NCBI RefSeq assembly: GCF_006345805.1
Contig: NC_043010.1
Location: 30,814,001 to 30,878,000, forward strand
DNA from: Octopus sinensis
Taxonomy: Eukaryota
Direction: 5' to 3'
DNA: 64,000 nt
This document shows positions 63,931 through 64,000 of this stretch, in pieces; positions within the stretch are counted from its first letter, which is position 1, and each line of letters begins with the position of its first letter. The notes below the pieces were generated by a model, which did not search any database, was not told the origin of the DNA, and saw nothing but the letters and a program-made list of their open reading frames with translations. The position numbers and the translations under genes were made by a program.

Positions 63931-64000
63931 TGTAGATTGCGGGAGAGGACGGGAAGATACTTGCCCTTGTGGTCAGGATGACTGTGGTTTGTGGGGTTTT

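Overview
Eukaryotic, very repeat-rich, AT-rich DNA. The SINE families and long (TA)n/(CA)n/(TACA)n tracts look like an octopus-type cephalopod genome (inference from recalled repeat families; no search was run). Only one host coding exon is supported: the first coding exon of an SLC16/monocarboxylate-transporter-like MFS gene (59078-59296, +). The rest is mostly layered transposable elements: hATm, Tc1, nested mariners, Helitrons, several Penelope-like elements (PLEs) including a near full-length Naiad-type copy, a CR1-group LINE, Tx1-like and R4/Dong-like LINE relics, a Gypsy relic, and many tRNA-derived SINEs. Three signals stand out. (1) Several sequence-unrelated minimal type-I hammerhead ribozyme motifs with self-complementary helix III; one (11411-11458) is fully canonical. 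(2) An apparent target-specific Tx1-like system: ORF2 copies plus ORF1-only (HAL1-like) elements stack head-to-tail at a shared ~CTCTAGCCGAACAAT motif just upstream of a hammerhead, and they share 3' tails with Meta-type SINEs. (3) A second LINE/SINE 3'-tail partnership. All alignments were done by eye, so boundaries are approximate unless a TSD or TIR is quoted. Most ORFs in the supplied track are microsatellite or antisense noise.
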